64,000 bases of DNA. It comes from Stegostoma tigrinum. Its lineage: Eukaryota. Made by a program: the position numbers and the translations under genes. Below are positions 63,430 to 64,000 of the stretch, in pieces. Below the pieces are notes generated by a model. It searched no databases and had not been told where the DNA came from. It saw nothing but the letters and a program-made list of their open reading frames with translations. The stretch is from positions 64,092,835 to 64,156,834 of the forward strand of contig NC_081356.1 of NCBI RefSeq assembly GCF_030684315.1. The letters run 5' to 3'. Within the stretch, counting starts at the first letter, position 1; each line of letters starts with the position of its first letter.

Positions 63430-64000
63430 GTTGACCCGCAGTGGCCTGAGGGAAGGAGTTTCTGGATCTTGATCCAGTAACAGTGAAGGAACTGTGATTT
63501 CCAAGTCAGGGTGGTGAGTGGCTTGGAGCGGAACTTGCAGGTGGGGTTTTCCCATATATCGGCTGCCCTCGTCCTCGATGGAAATGGCCGTGAGATTAGA
63601 AGGTGCTGTCCAAGGATTTTGGGTGAATTTCTGCAGTGCATCTTGTAGATTGTAGCAGCACTGTGCACTGAATGATGGAAGGAGTGGATGTTTGTGGTTA
63701 TGGTACCCATCAAATGGACTGCTTTGCCCTGGATGATATCAAGCTTCTTGAGTATTATCGGAGTTGCGTGTGGGGAGTAATCAGTCACGCTGCTGACTTG
63801 TGCTTTGCAGATGGATGGATCTTTGGGGAGTCAGATGTGAGTTACTCGCTGCAGTATTCCTAGCTTCTAATCTGTGCTTGTAGCTACTGTGTGTTTATAT
63901 GGTGACTCCAGTTGAGTTTCTGTTCAGTGGTAATCACAGGGATGTTGATCGGAGGAGATTTAGTGATAGTAACACCACTGAATGTCATGGGGCTGTGGTG
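63430..64000 (-). mobile_element. Old LINE 3' part
   Basis: Reverse match to 24400-25000 (LKKLDIIQGKAVHL, TIYKMHC). Confidence 0.8.

Overview
Eukaryotic, repeat-rich genomic DNA, most likely from an elasmobranch (shark), judged from HE1-type V-SINEs, Deu-domain SINEs and CR1 LINEs. Most ORFs in the track are transposon fragments or their antisense shadows. I find two phase-compatible + strand exons (9252-9321 and 30951-31089) encoding the two-transmembrane C-terminus of a host gene I cannot name. The most striking content is a Penelope-like element (PLE) system. It comprises a young Neptune-type copy with a 633-aa open RT + GIY-YIG frame, inverted Neptune- and Poseidon-type copies, minimal hammerhead ribozyme motifs, and about seven short hairpin or inverted mini-elements, most of which fold back at the ribozyme. 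Several mini-elements have 13-17 bp target-site duplications (TSDs) sharing GTAWTC, and one 12-bp site was hit three times. Boundaries of old repeats are approximate, and family names come from recognised motifs rather than database searches.
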